Source: an uncultured Dehalococcoidales bacterium
GTDB taxonomy: Bacteria; Chloroflexota; Dehalococcoidia; GIF9; AB-539-J10
DNA length: 64,000 bases
Assembly (NCBI GenBank): GCA_964638975.1
Contig: CAZXAJ010000006.1
Location: 33,301 to 97,300, forward strand
Reading direction: 5' to 3'
In this document: in pieces, positions 9,675 to 19,818 of the stretch
Numbering within the stretch: the first letter of the stretch is position 1
Layout: the number at the start of each line of letters is the position of its first letter
Made by a program: the position numbers and the translations under genes
The notes under the pieces: model-generated
Database searches by the model: none
What the model was told of the DNA's origin: nothing
What the model saw: only the letters and a program-made list of their open reading frames with translations

Positions 9675-10284
9675 ATTCCCTAAGGAACTCGAAGGTTAAG
9701 CCTTGCGTTCTTCGCTCTTTCAGCCTTTCCACATATTTAGCTATGATGTCCGCCTCTAAATTGACGATATCGCCAGGTTTCCTCCTCCCTAAGGTGGTAT
9801 ATTCTGTAGTGTAGGCTACTAGAGACACAGCAAAGGAAAAATCATCGAAGTCTACAATGGTGAGACTAACACCATCGACAGCGATAAAGCCTTTATCTAC
9901 TATATAAGGCATTAGTTTAGCAGGTGCTGAGACCCTCATAATATGCGCGGTTTCTTCAGTAGTTACATCTATTACTTCTCCCGTATCATCGACATGCCCC
10001 AACACTAAATGACCGCCAAGGCGTTCCCCAAATGCCAGTGCCCTTTCCAAATTTACCTGATCGTTATAATGAAGTCCACCGAGATTAGTGCAGCGTAACG
10101 TCTCAGGCATAACATCGACTCTGAAGCCGCTATCTTCCAGGGAGACAACAGTTAGGCAAGCACCGTTAACTGCTATGCTAGCACCTACTTTCGTTCCATC
10201 CAGTACCTTATGGGCTTCGAAGGCCAAGCGATCCCGGCTTGTTTCCTTAACTACGCCAATTTCTTCAACTATTCCGGTGAACAT
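9643..10284 (-). CDS. ribE: Riboflavin synthase alpha chain
   Basis: The canonical N-terminus MFTGIVEEIG starts at 10284, overlapping the ribD stop. The track ORF start at 10338 is an upstream extension. Confidence 0.92.
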   Translation of the reverse strand: MFTGIVEEIGVVKETSRDRLAFEAHKVLDGTKVGASIAVNGACLTVVSLEDSGFRVDVMPETLRCTNLGGLHYNDQVNLERALAFGERLGGHLVLGHVDDTGEVIDVTTEETAHIMRVSAPAKLMPYIVDKGFIAVDGVSLTIVDFDDFSFAVSLVAYTTEYTTLGRRKPGDIVNLEADIIAKYVERLKERRTQGLTFEFLREYGFVEGTDAS

Positions 10285-10285
10285 G

Positions 10286-11425
10286 CTATGCCCCTGAAAA
10301 TCTAGGCTCTTTTGGAAATTCCTTCTCCATGTATCCACTAACTAACACATCATCGCCGAAACATTTGATATTAACCCGGCTAAGGCGCAAAGCCTTAGCC
10401 ATATTGTCAACGCCATTCCCCGCCACAATCGCAGCTTTACTGCCACCAATGATGACTGGTGAAATAAAAACCATCACTTTATCCACCAAGTGATGGTCAA
10501 AAAGTGAACCAAGGAGCTTGCCACCCCCCTCCACCAGGACATTGACAATTTCTCGCTTCCCCAACAACTTAAATAACTCCCTAACATCTACCGAGCCTTT
10601 CTCGGCAGGCAATTCCAGCACTTCGGCGCCCGCCTGCAACAATTTTTCCTTCTTTGCAGAGTCAAAAGGCTCTGCTACAGCAAGCAAGACCCCTCCCGGT
10701 CGCTCAAAAATATGAGCATTCAATGGTACCCTCCCCTTACTATCAACAACTAGTCGTATCGGTTGCATCTTCCCTATGCCAGCTCTACCACCAAAACCTC
10801 TAGCGGTAAGGCGAGGATTATCCGCCAAAATAGTATTCACCCCCACCATTATGGCGTCGGCAGTATAACGCAAGTCATGTGCATATTTCCTTGCCTCGTC
10901 TTTAGTTATCCATTTAGAGTCCCCAGATTTGGTAGCGATCTTACCATCGAGGCTCATGGCGAATTTGGCCATAACAAACGGTAAACCCGTAGTAATATGC
11001 TTGATATAAGCCTCATTTATTTCATGAGCTTCTTGCTCACAAGTACCTATGTGGGTCTTAATACCCCTCTCATTTAGCCTGCCTACCCCCCGCCCTGAAA
11101 CCAGTGGGTTTGGGTCCAGCAAGGCTATATGGACCTCTGAAATGCCGGCATCAATTATGGCTTGCGTGCAGGGTGGAGTACGCCCATAATGGGAACAAGG
11201 CTCCAAGGTGACATACATGGCAGAACCTTGCGCCTTGTCACCAGCCTGACGAAGTGCCATTACTTCAGCGTGCTCCGAGCCAGCAGGCTGGGTATATCCC
11301 ATGCCTACAATAAGTCCGTCTTTAATAACTACTGCCCCCACTGCTGGATTAGGACTGGTATGGCCCACAGCCAACCTGGCCAAAGATAGAGCACATTCCA
11401 TATAATGTCGAGGAGGCACTAGCAT
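10286..11425 (-). CDS. ribD: Bifunctional riboflavin biosynthesis deaminase/reductase
   Basis: 379 aa with a CMP/dCMP-type deaminase zinc motif (HAEVMAL...PCSHYGRTPPC) and a RibD C-terminal reductase domain. Confidence 0.95.
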   Translation of the reverse strand: MLVPPRHYMECALSLARLAVGHTSPNPAVGAVVIKDGLIVGMGYTQPAGSEHAEVMALRQAGDKAQGSAMYVTLEPCSHYGRTPPCTQAIIDAGISEVHIALLDPNPLVSGRGVGRLNERGIKTHIGTCEQEAHEINEAYIKHITTGLPFVMAKFAMSLDGKIATKSGDSKWITKDEARKYAHDLRYTADAIMVGVNTILADNPRLTARGFGGRAGIGKMQPIRLVVDSKGRVPLNAHIFERPGGVLLAVAEPFDSAKKEKLLQAGAEVLELPAEKGSVDVRELFKLLGKREIVNVLVEGGGKLLGSLFDHHLVDKVMVFISPVIIGGSKAAIVAGNGVDNMAKALRLSRVNIKCFGDDVLVSGYMEKEFPKEPRFSGA

Positions 11426-11737
11426 CTGCCTCTCTTGGATAAATTCCCTATAAAATCTGGTAGCTGTCGCTTCACTTTGCCCTTCATAGTTACTTCTTTA
11501 ACTATAGAAACATATAACCTCTCAGCATGGAGAAGTCAAGCTTGAGAAGGAGATATGACCAACTGCCATATTACAATACAAGATAGCTGCTAATTCACCA
11601 CATTGGCCGCCTCAAGGCCAGGATGTTCGCCTTACCGTCCTTAATATTGATTGTAACACCAGCTTAAGTGAAGTGCAAAACAAGGAGGCGTAAATGGAGA
11701 TGTTGTCCATCATTTTGTATAATTGGATATTGGGGGA

Positions 11738-12157
11738 ATGAAAAGGGCTTTTGAAATAATTGATCATACGGCTGACGTTGGCATCGTCGCCTATGGGGCA
11801 GATATTGAAGAGCTCTTCTCCAACGCTGCTCTGGCTCTGTTCAGTCTGATTACTGCGCCTGAAAGCATTGAGGAGAAACTGCACTTCGATTTGAAGGTGA
11901 ACAGCGAGGATAGAGATAGCTTGCTTGTAGAGTGGCTTAATGAGCTCATTTATCTCTTTGATGTCGAACACATTTTGTTCAACCGGTTTGATATTAAAAG
12001 TCTGACTCGCAATCAGCTCAAGGCTATCTGTTATGGGGAAACTTTTGACCCCATGAAACACAAGATAAAGGTAGGAGTAAAAGCAGCCACATATCATATG
12101 TTAAAGTTAGACAAAAATGGTGGTGGTTACAAGGCTCAGATAATTTTCGATATTTAG
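11738..12157 (+). CDS. Archease (RtcB activator)
   Basis: MKRAFEIIDHTADVGIVAYG... matches the archease signature. ATG at 11738 follows GGGGGA. It sits immediately upstream of rtcB. Confidence 0.9.
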   Translation: MKRAFEIIDHTADVGIVAYGADIEELFSNAALALFSLITAPESIEEKLHFDLKVNSEDRDSLLVEWLNELIYLFDVEHILFNRFDIKSLTRNQLKAICYGETFDPMKHKIKVGVKAATYHMLKLDKNGGGYKAQIIFDI

Positions 12158-12168
12158 GAGCTAGAGAC

Positions 12169-13626
12169 GTGGCACTGTGGCAAGAGCAGCTTATAAAAAT
12201 AGATGATTATCGCTGGGAAATCCCCCAGAATTACAAAACTGGCATGAGGGTCCCCGGCCTAATCTATGCCAGCAGAGAAATGTTGGAATCCATGCGTGAG
12301 GAACAAACGCCTGAGCAAGTTGCCAATGTCGCCTTTCTCCCCGGCATAGTAGGTTACTCATTGGCCATGCCAGATATCCACTGGGGCTATGGCTTCCCTA
12401 TAGGTGGAGTGGCAGCAATGGATATTAAGAATGGTGTAATTTCTCCGGGCGGAGTGGGTTATGATATTAATTGTGGCGTAAGGTTATTGCGTACCGATCT
12501 CAGCGAAGCTGAAGTGCGACCCAGAATTAACCAGCTCATTAATGAGTTATTTCTTAATGTACCATCAGGCCTGGGCTCTGAAGGAAAGATAAAGTTAGGG
12601 CAAAAGGAGATGAACCAATTGATGGTTGAAGGAGCTCGTTGGGCAGTGAGGCGCGGCCTGGGTTCTGAGGAAGATTTGGATGTTACTGAGGAAGGCGGAT
12701 GTATCAGTGGTGCCGATCCCAGTAAGACAAGCGAAAAGGCGGCAAAGAGAGGTATGCCTCAGGCAGGCACATTAGGCTCGGGAAATCACTTTCTTGAGAT
12801 TCAAGCAGTGAAAGAGATACTTGATCCCAACGCAGCTAGCATTATGGGCGTCACTGAGATAGGTCAGATATTAGTTTTAATCCATACTGGTTCTCGCGGC
12901 TTTGGTCATCAAGTATGTACCGACCATCTGCGTGTTATGGAGGGAGCTGTATCGAAGTACGGAATAAAGCTCCCAGACCGACAGCTTGCCTGCGCTCCCA
13001 TAGAATCATCGGAAGGCCAAGATTATTTAGCTGCTATGGCTTGTGCCGCTAACTACGCCTGGGTTAATCGGCAGTGCATTGCCCACTGGGTTAGAGAAAG
13101 CTTTTCTAAAGTTTTCGGTAAGAGTCCAGGGGCACTTGGCATGAAGCAGATTTATGATGTTGCTCATAACATAGCCAAAATAGAAGAACATACGGTAAAT
13201 GGCCACAAAATTAAGGTTTGTGTTCACCGCAAAGGAGCTACCAGAGCTTTTCCTGCAGGTCATAAAGATACTCCCAGACGCTATAAAGAGATAGGGCAAC
13301 CTGTACTCGTTCCCGGAGATATGGGACGTTGTTCTTTCATTGCCGTGGGCACTCAAAAGGCCATGGATGAGAGCTTTGGCTCCACCTGTCATGGTGCCGG
13401 GAGAGTGCTAAGTCGCGGTGCTGCCAAGCGGAGTATAAGGGGTAGGGAGGTAGTTCGAGAACTAGAGAGCAGAGGTATTACCATCAAGGCAGGAAACATT
13501 CCTTCGCTAGCTGAGGAAGCGTCTCAAGCTTACAAAGACGTTACAGAAGTTATAGATGTGGTTCATCGAGCTGGCATTTCCAGAAAAGTGGCTATGGCTA
13601 TACCTGTAGGCGTCATCAAAGGCTAA
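12169..13626 (+). CDS. rtcB: RNA-splicing ligase RtcB (3'-phosphate/5'-hydroxyl RNA ligase)
   Basis: 485 aa with GYDINCGVR, GSGNHFLE and HTGSRGFGHQ motifs. GTG start. Confidence 0.95.
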   Translation: MALWQEQLIKIDDYRWEIPQNYKTGMRVPGLIYASREMLESMREEQTPEQVANVAFLPGIVGYSLAMPDIHWGYGFPIGGVAAMDIKNGVISPGGVGYDINCGVRLLRTDLSEAEVRPRINQLINELFLNVPSGLGSEGKIKLGQKEMNQLMVEGARWAVRRGLGSEEDLDVTEEGGCISGADPSKTSEKAAKRGMPQAGTLGSGNHFLEIQAVKEILDPNAASIMGVTEIGQILVLIHTGSRGFGHQVCTDHLRVMEGAVSKYGIKLPDRQLACAPIESSEGQDYLAAMACAANYAWVNRQCIAHWVRESFSKVFGKSPGALGMKQIYDVAHNIAKIEEHTVNGHKIKVCVHRKGATRAFPAGHKDTPRRYKEIGQPVLVPGDMGRCSFIAVGTQKAMDESFGSTCHGAGRVLSRGAAKRSIRGREVVRELESRGITIKAGNIPSLAEEASQAYKDVTEVIDVVHRAGISRKVAMAIPVGVIKG

Positions 13627-13634
13627 CCTCCGTT

Positions 13635-14321
13635 ATGAATCCCTCACCCCTAAAGAGGGTAAGGGTTAAGGTGAGTCAGGCAATGCCCAAGACTGAAATT
13701 AAGCTTCCCTCTCCTCAGTTGAACGGTAAGGTTTCATTAGAAGAGACAATAGCAAAGCGCAGGTCGGTTCGTAGATACCGTGCGGAGCCACTGGCCCTAT
13801 CTCAGTTAAGTCAAATACTTTGGTCAGCTCAAGGCATAACTGGAAGGAGAATGAATAGGGCAGCGCCCAGTGCTGGAGCTACCTATCCTCTGGAGATTTT
13901 TGTGTTCGTTGGCAAACAAGGTGTCATTGTGAGCGAAACAAAGCAAGCTCCAGAGGAATTACAGGCTGGCATTTACCACTATAAAGTAGATTCTCATTCA
14001 TTGAGCTTACACAAACCGGGCGAGCTACGACTAGACTTAGCCAGAGCAGCTCTGGACGAGGAGTTTATTATGGAAGCCCCGGTGGATATTGTAATCTGTG
14101 CCCTTTATTACAGGACTTCCCATAAATACGGCAGGCGTGGAGAGAGATATGTTCACATAGAGGTGGGCCATGTAGGTGAGAACATCCATCTTCAAGCTAT
14201 GGCTCTGGGTCTAGGCACAGTAGAAGTCGGCGCCTTCCATGATGAAAAGGTAAGAGAGATTCTTGGCGTGGAGGAACAAATTAAGCCTCTATATATCATG
14301 CCTCTGGGCAAAGCGCTGTAA
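13635..14321 (+). CDS. Nitroreductase-family (SagB-type dehydrogenase domain) protein
   Basis: KRRSVRRY motif plus a nitroreductase-fold C-terminus (HIEVGHVGENIHLQA). ATG 13683 has the better SD (AAGGTGA) and may be the true start. Confidence 0.8.
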   Translation: MNPSPLKRVRVKVSQAMPKTEIKLPSPQLNGKVSLEETIAKRRSVRRYRAEPLALSQLSQILWSAQGITGRRMNRAAPSAGATYPLEIFVFVGKQGVIVSETKQAPEELQAGIYHYKVDSHSLSLHKPGELRLDLARAALDEEFIMEAPVDIVICALYYRTSHKYGRRGERYVHIEVGHVGENIHLQAMALGLGTVEVGAFHDEKVREILGVEEQIKPLYIMPLGKAL

Positions 14322-14499
14322 AGATGTAAAGAAAGGTAAAAATCGCTGAACATTTTTTGTCAGTGTCTGTCTAAAAACCTTTCCAATTCGCAATTCACTT
14401 GAGCTTCGAGCCTTGCTGCCATCTCAGTAAACTCATTTGACTGATAACTAAGAAAGCTATAAAATAACGTGGTTACATAATGGAGAACTAAATAGAAAT

Positions 14500-15456
14500 A
14501 TGAAGCTAGTGGAACAGATGCTCAAAGGGGAAAATGTCTCTCTATCACGCATCATCAGCATGGTGGAAAATGAGAGCAGTAAAGTACCCGAAATAATGAA
14601 GCTCATCACTCCACACATAGGAAAGGCATACTGTGTGGGAGTAACTGGCCCTCCGGGGGCAGGAAAGAGCACTTTGGTTGACAAGCTGACAGCGTTGATG
14701 AGAAAAAAAGGCTTGAAAGTGGGGATAATTGCCGTAGATCCTTCAAGCCCATTCACAGGAGGAGCGGTATTGGGTGACAGGATAAGAATGCAGCAACATT
14801 ATCTTGACGATGGAGTTTTCATTCGCAGTATGGCAACCCGTGGCAGTATGGGCGGGCTACCACGAACTGCCAGCGCTGTGATTAAGTTGCTCGACGCCGC
14901 TGGTAAAGATATTATCCTGGTGGAGACAGTGGGAGTAGGACAAAACGAGGTAGATATTATGGAGAAGGCCGATACCGTGCTTGTCACATTATGCCCCGAA
15001 TCTGGTGATGCTATCCAGACGATGAAAGCAGGACTATTTGAGATTGCCGACATATTTGCAGTCAATAAGGCTGACCATCCTGGTGCAGACAACTTTATCC
15101 GTGACCTGCAAGCTATGCTGCACCTTCGTGAGCCAAGTTGGTGGGATATACCTGTGGTGGCCACGGAAGCGGTTAATGATGTCGGCATCGAGGAGCTTTA
15201 TAAACAAATTGAATCGCACCACCAGGCCCTTTGTGAAACGGGTAAGCTTTCGCAGCATCGCCAACTGCAACGCAAATTCGATTTCATAAAGACCATAGAA
15301 CAAAAATTAACTCATAAGTTGCTCACGTCAATTGAGCAAGACGGGCAACTGGGTAGCTATATTGAGAGGGTGGAAAAGGGAGAGCTCGATCCATATTCCG
15401 CGGCCGATGAGATCCTCAAATCAGGAAAACTTTTAACCCATTGGTTAGGTCAATAA
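14500..15456 (+). CDS. meaB: MeaB/ArgK-type G3E-family GTPase (metallochaperone)
   Basis: 318 aa with P-loop GVTGPPGAGKSTL, VETVGVGQNE and NKADH motifs. Confidence 0.85.
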   Translation: MKLVEQMLKGENVSLSRIISMVENESSKVPEIMKLITPHIGKAYCVGVTGPPGAGKSTLVDKLTALMRKKGLKVGIIAVDPSSPFTGGAVLGDRIRMQQHYLDDGVFIRSMATRGSMGGLPRTASAVIKLLDAAGKDIILVETVGVGQNEVDIMEKADTVLVTLCPESGDAIQTMKAGLFEIADIFAVNKADHPGADNFIRDLQAMLHLREPSWWDIPVVATEAVNDVGIEELYKQIESHHQALCETGKLSQHRQLQRKFDFIKTIEQKLTHKLLTSIEQDGQLGSYIERVEKGELDPYSAADEILKSGKLLTHWLGQ

Positions 15457-15475
15457 CCACCTAGAATGAATCTCG

Positions 15476-16882
15476 ATGGCCAAAAGCTATGATGTCGCCA
15501 TAGTTGGCGCCGGTCCAGCAGGTATATTCGCTAGCCTGGAATTATGTACCGCTGGCCTTGACGTTTTACTTCTAGACAAGGGGGGGGAAATTGATGCTCG
15601 TGTTTGTCCCGTTCAAAATGGAAGTGGACGCTGTGTGCTTTGCTCCCCATGCCACCTAGTAAGCGGGTTCGGAGGTGCCGGAGCCTTCAGCGATGGCAAA
15701 CTAACTCTATCTACCCAAGTAGGCGGCCGTCTTGAAGATTTGATCGGCCTTGACCAAGCCCAAGCACTTATAGATTATGTTGACTCCATTTATCTCAAAT
15801 TTGGCGCTCCCCAAAAAGTCTACGGAATGGGAGAAGGCATATCTGCAATACAGCAGCAGGCTGCTTCAGCGGGACTCAAATTAATCCCCGTCAAATTGCG
15901 TCACCTGGGAACAGAGTTCTGTCATGAAACACTGAAGGCTATGCAGAATCATCTGTCATCCAAATTAGACATAAGGCTGGGAACAACAATCAAGAATATC
16001 ACAGTTGACGATGGTAAAGTCAAAGCTGTTGAAACTAGCAATGGTGAAAAGTTAGATTGCCAATACTTAATCTTAGCCCCAGGGAGAGAGGGGGCAGAAT
16101 GGCTGTGCAATGAGGCCGCGAGGCTCAAACTAAGCCTTAATTCCAACCCTGTAGACGTGGGTTGCCGGGTCGAAATACCAATGACAACCATGGAGAAGCT
16201 AACCTCGATATTGTATGAGTCAAAACTCGAATTCTATTCTAAGAGTTTCAATGACCGGGTCAGAACATTCTGCATGTGCCCCGGGGGTGAGGTAATTATG
16301 GAGTCCACAGGCGGTTCTGACCCTGTGATTACGGTCAATGGCGTTGGCTATGCCCAGCCCAGGACAAAGAATACTAACTTTGCTATTTTGGTGAGTACCA
16401 CCTTCACCGAGCCTTTCCATGAACCCATTGCTTATGGTAAATATCTGGCCAGGTTAGCTAATATCCTTAGCGGCAGTGTATTAGTGCAAAGATTGGGAGA
16501 CTTAATGAGTGGTCACCGCTCTACACAAGCCCGCCTCGAACATAGTCCCATCGAACCAAGCTTAAAAGCAGCAACCCCAGGGGATTTAAGCTTCGCCCTC
16601 CCCTATCGTTATCTCAAAAGTATAGTGGAAATGCTCCAAGCTATGGACAAACTAGCTCCGGGCGTCGCTTCCCCCCACACTTTGCTTTACGGGATAGAGG
16701 TTAAATTTTACTCCAGTCAGCCAAAGTTGACTCCTTGTTTAGAGACCGAGGTCGGCAACATGTTTGCTGCTGGTGATGGCGCCGGTGTAAGCCGGGGCTT
16801 AGTCCAAGCTTCAGCCTCAGGTATAGTGGCAGCCAGAGAAATATTGAAGCGGGCAGGCAAAAAATCTTCGCCAGCAACGTGA
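15476..16882 (+). CDS. FAD-dependent oxidoreductase (COG2509-like, uncharacterised)
   Basis: 468 aa with an N-terminal VAIVGAGPAGIFASLEL dinucleotide fold and a C-terminal AAGDGAG motif. Confidence 0.75.
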   Translation: MAKSYDVAIVGAGPAGIFASLELCTAGLDVLLLDKGGEIDARVCPVQNGSGRCVLCSPCHLVSGFGGAGAFSDGKLTLSTQVGGRLEDLIGLDQAQALIDYVDSIYLKFGAPQKVYGMGEGISAIQQQAASAGLKLIPVKLRHLGTEFCHETLKAMQNHLSSKLDIRLGTTIKNITVDDGKVKAVETSNGEKLDCQYLILAPGREGAEWLCNEAARLKLSLNSNPVDVGCRVEIPMTTMEKLTSILYESKLEFYSKSFNDRVRTFCMCPGGEVIMESTGGSDPVITVNGVGYAQPRTKNTNFAILVSTTFTEPFHEPIAYGKYLARLANILSGSVLVQRLGDLMSGHRSTQARLEHSPIEPSLKAATPGDLSFALPYRYLKSIVEMLQAMDKLAPGVASPHTLLYGIEVKFYSSQPKLTPCLETEVGNMFAAGDGAGVSRGLVQASASGIVAAREILKRAGKKSSPAT

Positions 16883-17523
16883 ATTATCCCATTTTCTTCG
16901 GCATCGATTTAACTTCAACGGAAGCTAAACCTAGTGCCTGTGTAGGATTGGATGGTAAATTACAACTTGTTTACCTTGGTTTTTTAACTCAGAATAGTGA
17001 TATCATCGCCCTCCTAAATTTCTATTCTCCCCGAGTAATAGCAGTCGATTCCCCCTTGAGTTTGCCACTGGGGTTATGTTGCCTTGAGGAAAGCTGCCCC
17101 TGTGAACCAAGATTCCCAAGAAAAAACAGGCAATGTGACCAGGAACTGAGGCGACAAGGAATTCCCTGTTACCCAACTACCAAGAAGACTTTTATCAAGA
17201 GCTTGATCTACCGCGGTATCGAGCTCAAAACGAGCATTGGCCGCGAGGTGAAGCAAGCCGGACAGGTAATCGAGGTCTATCCCTTCGCCAGTAAAGTTCG
17301 CCTTCTGGGCAAAACCATACCCCGGAAAACGACACGGCAAGGGATGAGCTTCCTCAGGGATAGACTGGGAGACATTCTACCCGGTCTTAAGCCTTATTTT
17401 GACATGTTCGACCACGACCTTTACGACGCCGCGGTGGCGGCTTACACCGCTTTGCTCCATCACCAAAATAGGGTGGATGCCTTGGGCAATAGTCAAGAAG
17501 GGCTAATTTTTATCCCTAGTTGA
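16879..17523 (+). CDS. DUF429-like predicted RNase H-fold protein
   Basis: 214 aa. GTG start overlaps the upstream stop by 4 nt. N-terminal FGIDL...AVDSPLSLP pattern. Family assignment is from memory only. Confidence 0.55.
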   Translation: MNYPIFFGIDLTSTEAKPSACVGLDGKLQLVYLGFLTQNSDIIALLNFYSPRVIAVDSPLSLPLGLCCLEESCPCEPRFPRKNRQCDQELRRQGIPCYPTTKKTFIKSLIYRGIELKTSIGREVKQAGQVIEVYPFASKVRLLGKTIPRKTTRQGMSFLRDRLGDILPGLKPYFDMFDHDLYDAAVAAYTALLHHQNRVDALGNSQEGLIFIPS

Positions 17524-17563
17524 CGTTCGCCTCTTCTATTGCTACACTACGGCAGGGGGTAAT

Positions 17564-18658
17564 ATGGAATTAACTTTAAGCGCTATTAAAGCAGACATCG
17601 GTGGCTATGTCGGGCACTCCTCCAGCCACCCCGATGTAATACAAAAGGCTAAGGAAAAGCTGGAACATGCCCAGGGCCAGGGGCTACTTATAGACCATCA
17701 CGTTACAGTTTGTGGCGATGACCTTCAGTTGATAATGACCCACCAGCATGGTGAAGATAGTGAACAAATCCACAAGTTAGCCTGGGATACATTTTGCGAA
17801 TGCACTAATGTAGCTAAGAGCTTGAAACTACATGGTGCCGGGCAGGACCTTCTGAGCGATGCTTTTTCCGGTAATGTCAGGGGGATGGGACCTGGTGTAG
17901 CTGAGATGCAATTTTCCGAGCGCCAGGCTGAAACCATAATCATATTCATGGCAGATAAGACGGCGTCTGGCGCCTGGAATCTGCCGCTATATAAAATATT
18001 CGCTGACCCTTTTAATACCATTGGATTGGTTATTGCCTCTAATATGCACTCTGGCTTCACCTTTGAAGTCCACGACGTCAAAGAGCACAAAAAAATCAGG
18101 TTTAACGCTCCTGAGGAAATTTACGACATGCTAGTTTTTCTTGGCGCACCAGGCCGCTATGCCGTTAAAGCGGTGTACCATAAGGAGAGTGGTGAAATCG
18201 CTGCTGTCTCCTCTACTCAGAGATTATCTCTCATGGCCGGCAGATACATAGGCAAGGATGACCCTGTCTGTATCGTTCGCTCTCAGGGAAAATTTCCCGC
18301 TGTGGGTGAAATACTGGAACCCTTTGCTTCTGTTAACATAGTAGAAGGCTGGATGAGAGGCTCGCACCACGGCCCCTTAATGCCGGTGGCTGTCCGGGAA
18401 AGCAATCCTTGCCGTTTTGACGGTCCACCAAGAGTAATAGCCGCTGGTTTCCAACTTGCTGATGGCAAGCTCGTTGGGCCTCGTGACCTCTTCGATGACC
18501 CTGCTTTCGATGAGGTTCGTCATCAGGCAAACATTGTGGCGGATTTCCTGCGCCGAATGGGGCCATTTGAGCCACATCGCCTGCCGCTTGATGAGATGGA
18601 ATACACCACCATGCCCGAAGTGGCAAAGAAGCTGGCACCAAGATTTCAAGAGCTTTGA
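17564..18658 (+). CDS. fbp: Fructose-1,6-bisphosphate aldolase/phosphatase (class V FBPase)
   Basis: 364 aa. The N-terminus LTLSAIKADIGGYVGHSSSHPD and the overall length are typical of the bifunctional archaeal-type enzyme. Confidence 0.92.
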   Translation: MELTLSAIKADIGGYVGHSSSHPDVIQKAKEKLEHAQGQGLLIDHHVTVCGDDLQLIMTHQHGEDSEQIHKLAWDTFCECTNVAKSLKLHGAGQDLLSDAFSGNVRGMGPGVAEMQFSERQAETIIIFMADKTASGAWNLPLYKIFADPFNTIGLVIASNMHSGFTFEVHDVKEHKKIRFNAPEEIYDMLVFLGAPGRYAVKAVYHKESGEIAAVSSTQRLSLMAGRYIGKDDPVCIVRSQGKFPAVGEILEPFASVNIVEGWMRGSHHGPLMPVAVRESNPCRFDGPPRVIAAGFQLADGKLVGPRDLFDDPAFDEVRHQANIVADFLRRMGPFEPHRLPLDEMEYTTMPEVAKKLAPRFQEL

Positions 18659-18665
18659 CGGCAAA

Positions 18666-19262
18666 ATGCCTGAGCTTCTCTTAGCTAGCTCCAACCCAGG
18701 GAAAATCAGGGAATATCGCTTTCTGCTGGATGGTCTTGGTTACCAGATAACTACGCTGCCCGAACAAGGAATAACAAAAGCCGTCACCGAGTCGGGGAGC
18801 AGCTATGAACAAAATGCTCGGTTAAAAGCTACCACTTATGCCAGATTAAGCCAGCTCACCACTCTTGCTGATGACTCGGGACTTGAGGTAGATGCCCTTA
18901 ATGGGGAGCCCGGCGTGCAATCAGCTCGCTTTGCCGGTGAATCTGCTACCGATGAGGAGAGGGTGAGCTTTCTCTTAGCTAAACTCGAGGGCGTTCCCTG
19001 GGAGAAACGAACAGCTCATTTTAAGTGCGTTATTGCTGTGGTTACGCCAGAAGGTCAATCAGAGCTATGCTATGGCGAGTGTCAGGGCATAATTGCCCTT
19101 GAGCCTAAAGGGCAAAAGGGCTTTGGCTATGACCCTGTTTTTTACCTTCCCGAAATAGGCAAGACAATGGCTGAACTTCCATTTGAGATGAAAAATCAAA
19201 TCAGCCACCGCGCCCGAGCAAGCCAGGAAGCACGACAGGTGCTACAGAGACTTCCTTTCTGA
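18666..19262 (+). CDS. rdgB: Non-canonical purine NTP pyrophosphatase (RdgB/HAM1 family)
   Basis: MPELLLASSNPGKIREY..., DDSGLEVDALNGEPG and FGYDPVF motifs. The track ORF start at 18456 is a spurious extension into fbp. Confidence 0.9.
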   Translation: MPELLLASSNPGKIREYRFLLDGLGYQITTLPEQGITKAVTESGSSYEQNARLKATTYARLSQLTTLADDSGLEVDALNGEPGVQSARFAGESATDEERVSFLLAKLEGVPWEKRTAHFKCVIAVVTPEGQSELCYGECQGIIALEPKGQKGFGYDPVFYLPEIGKTMAELPFEMKNQISHRARASQEARQVLQRLPF

Positions 19263-19323
19263 CTCCCTTGCAGCCCCAGACCTAAATTGCGACCGCCCCG
19301 CCGATATTGTCTAGGAGCTATCC

Positions 19324-19755
19324 TTAAAGGGCATAAATCTCTTTGCCGAAGGTGTGGACCCAGTTCTTTTTCAAAACCTTTATCGCCTCTTCAGTCCTGT
19401 CCACACCCAGGATGACTATGGGCTGTCCCGATTCCCCCCTGCCCAGAAAGGGATAAAGATAATGGACATTGATACCAGTCCCCTTCAGAGGCTTAAGTAC
19501 CGCCTGAAGACCTCCGGGATGGTCAGGGACCTCTACCGCTATCACGTCGGTCTCCTTCACAGAATAACCATGGCTTCTCAAAACATTGATGCACTTCTCT
19601 GGGGCATCCGCTACAAATCTCACGGTACTAACGTCGGATGTGTCAGCTACCGAAATGGCCCTGATATTTATCCCTTCAGCCCCGAGGCGCTCGCTCACTT
19701 CCAGGAATTTCCCCGGCACATTTTCCAGGCTAATCGAAACCTGTTTTACACTCAT
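19324..19755 (-). CDS. Tandem ACT-domain protein
   Basis: 143 aa. The ISLENVPGKFLEVSERLGAEGINIRAISV pattern is typical of ACT ligand-binding folds. Distal gene of the OFOR-1 operon. Confidence 0.72.
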   Translation of the reverse strand: MSVKQVSISLENVPGKFLEVSERLGAEGINIRAISVADTSDVSTVRFVADAPEKCINVLRSHGYSVKETDVIAVEVPDHPGGLQAVLKPLKGTGINVHYLYPFLGRGESGQPIVILGVDRTEEAIKVLKKNWVHTFGKEIYAL

Positions 19756-19818
19756 AGCTTACCCCCTGATTAAGAAAGCACTCAGCCGTCAGAATCCAAC
19801 CGATAGCTGACCGCTTAT

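Noticed and set aside
11426-11737. Possible FMN riboswitch in the ~300-nt leader upstream of ribD (- strand). Fragments such as GCGACAGCTACCAGAT...GGGAA and GGTGAATTAGCAGC loosely recall FMN-element segments.
   Set aside because: The conserved core strings (GGGCAGGGTGAAATTCCC, CCGGCGGT, GCCGACAGT..AGTCTGGAT) are not present in the right order or spacing. I cannot support the call without a covariance-model scan (Rfam RF00050).
11612-12097. 161-aa ORF on the - strand.
   Set aside because: It is antisense to the well-supported archease gene, has a low-complexity hydrophobic/odd composition, and has no motif support.
18456-18665. 70-codon N-terminal extension of the rdgB ORF in the track.
   Set aside because: It lies entirely inside the fbp coding region in another frame. 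The conserved RdgB N-terminus (LLLASSNPGKIREY) starts at ATG 18666.
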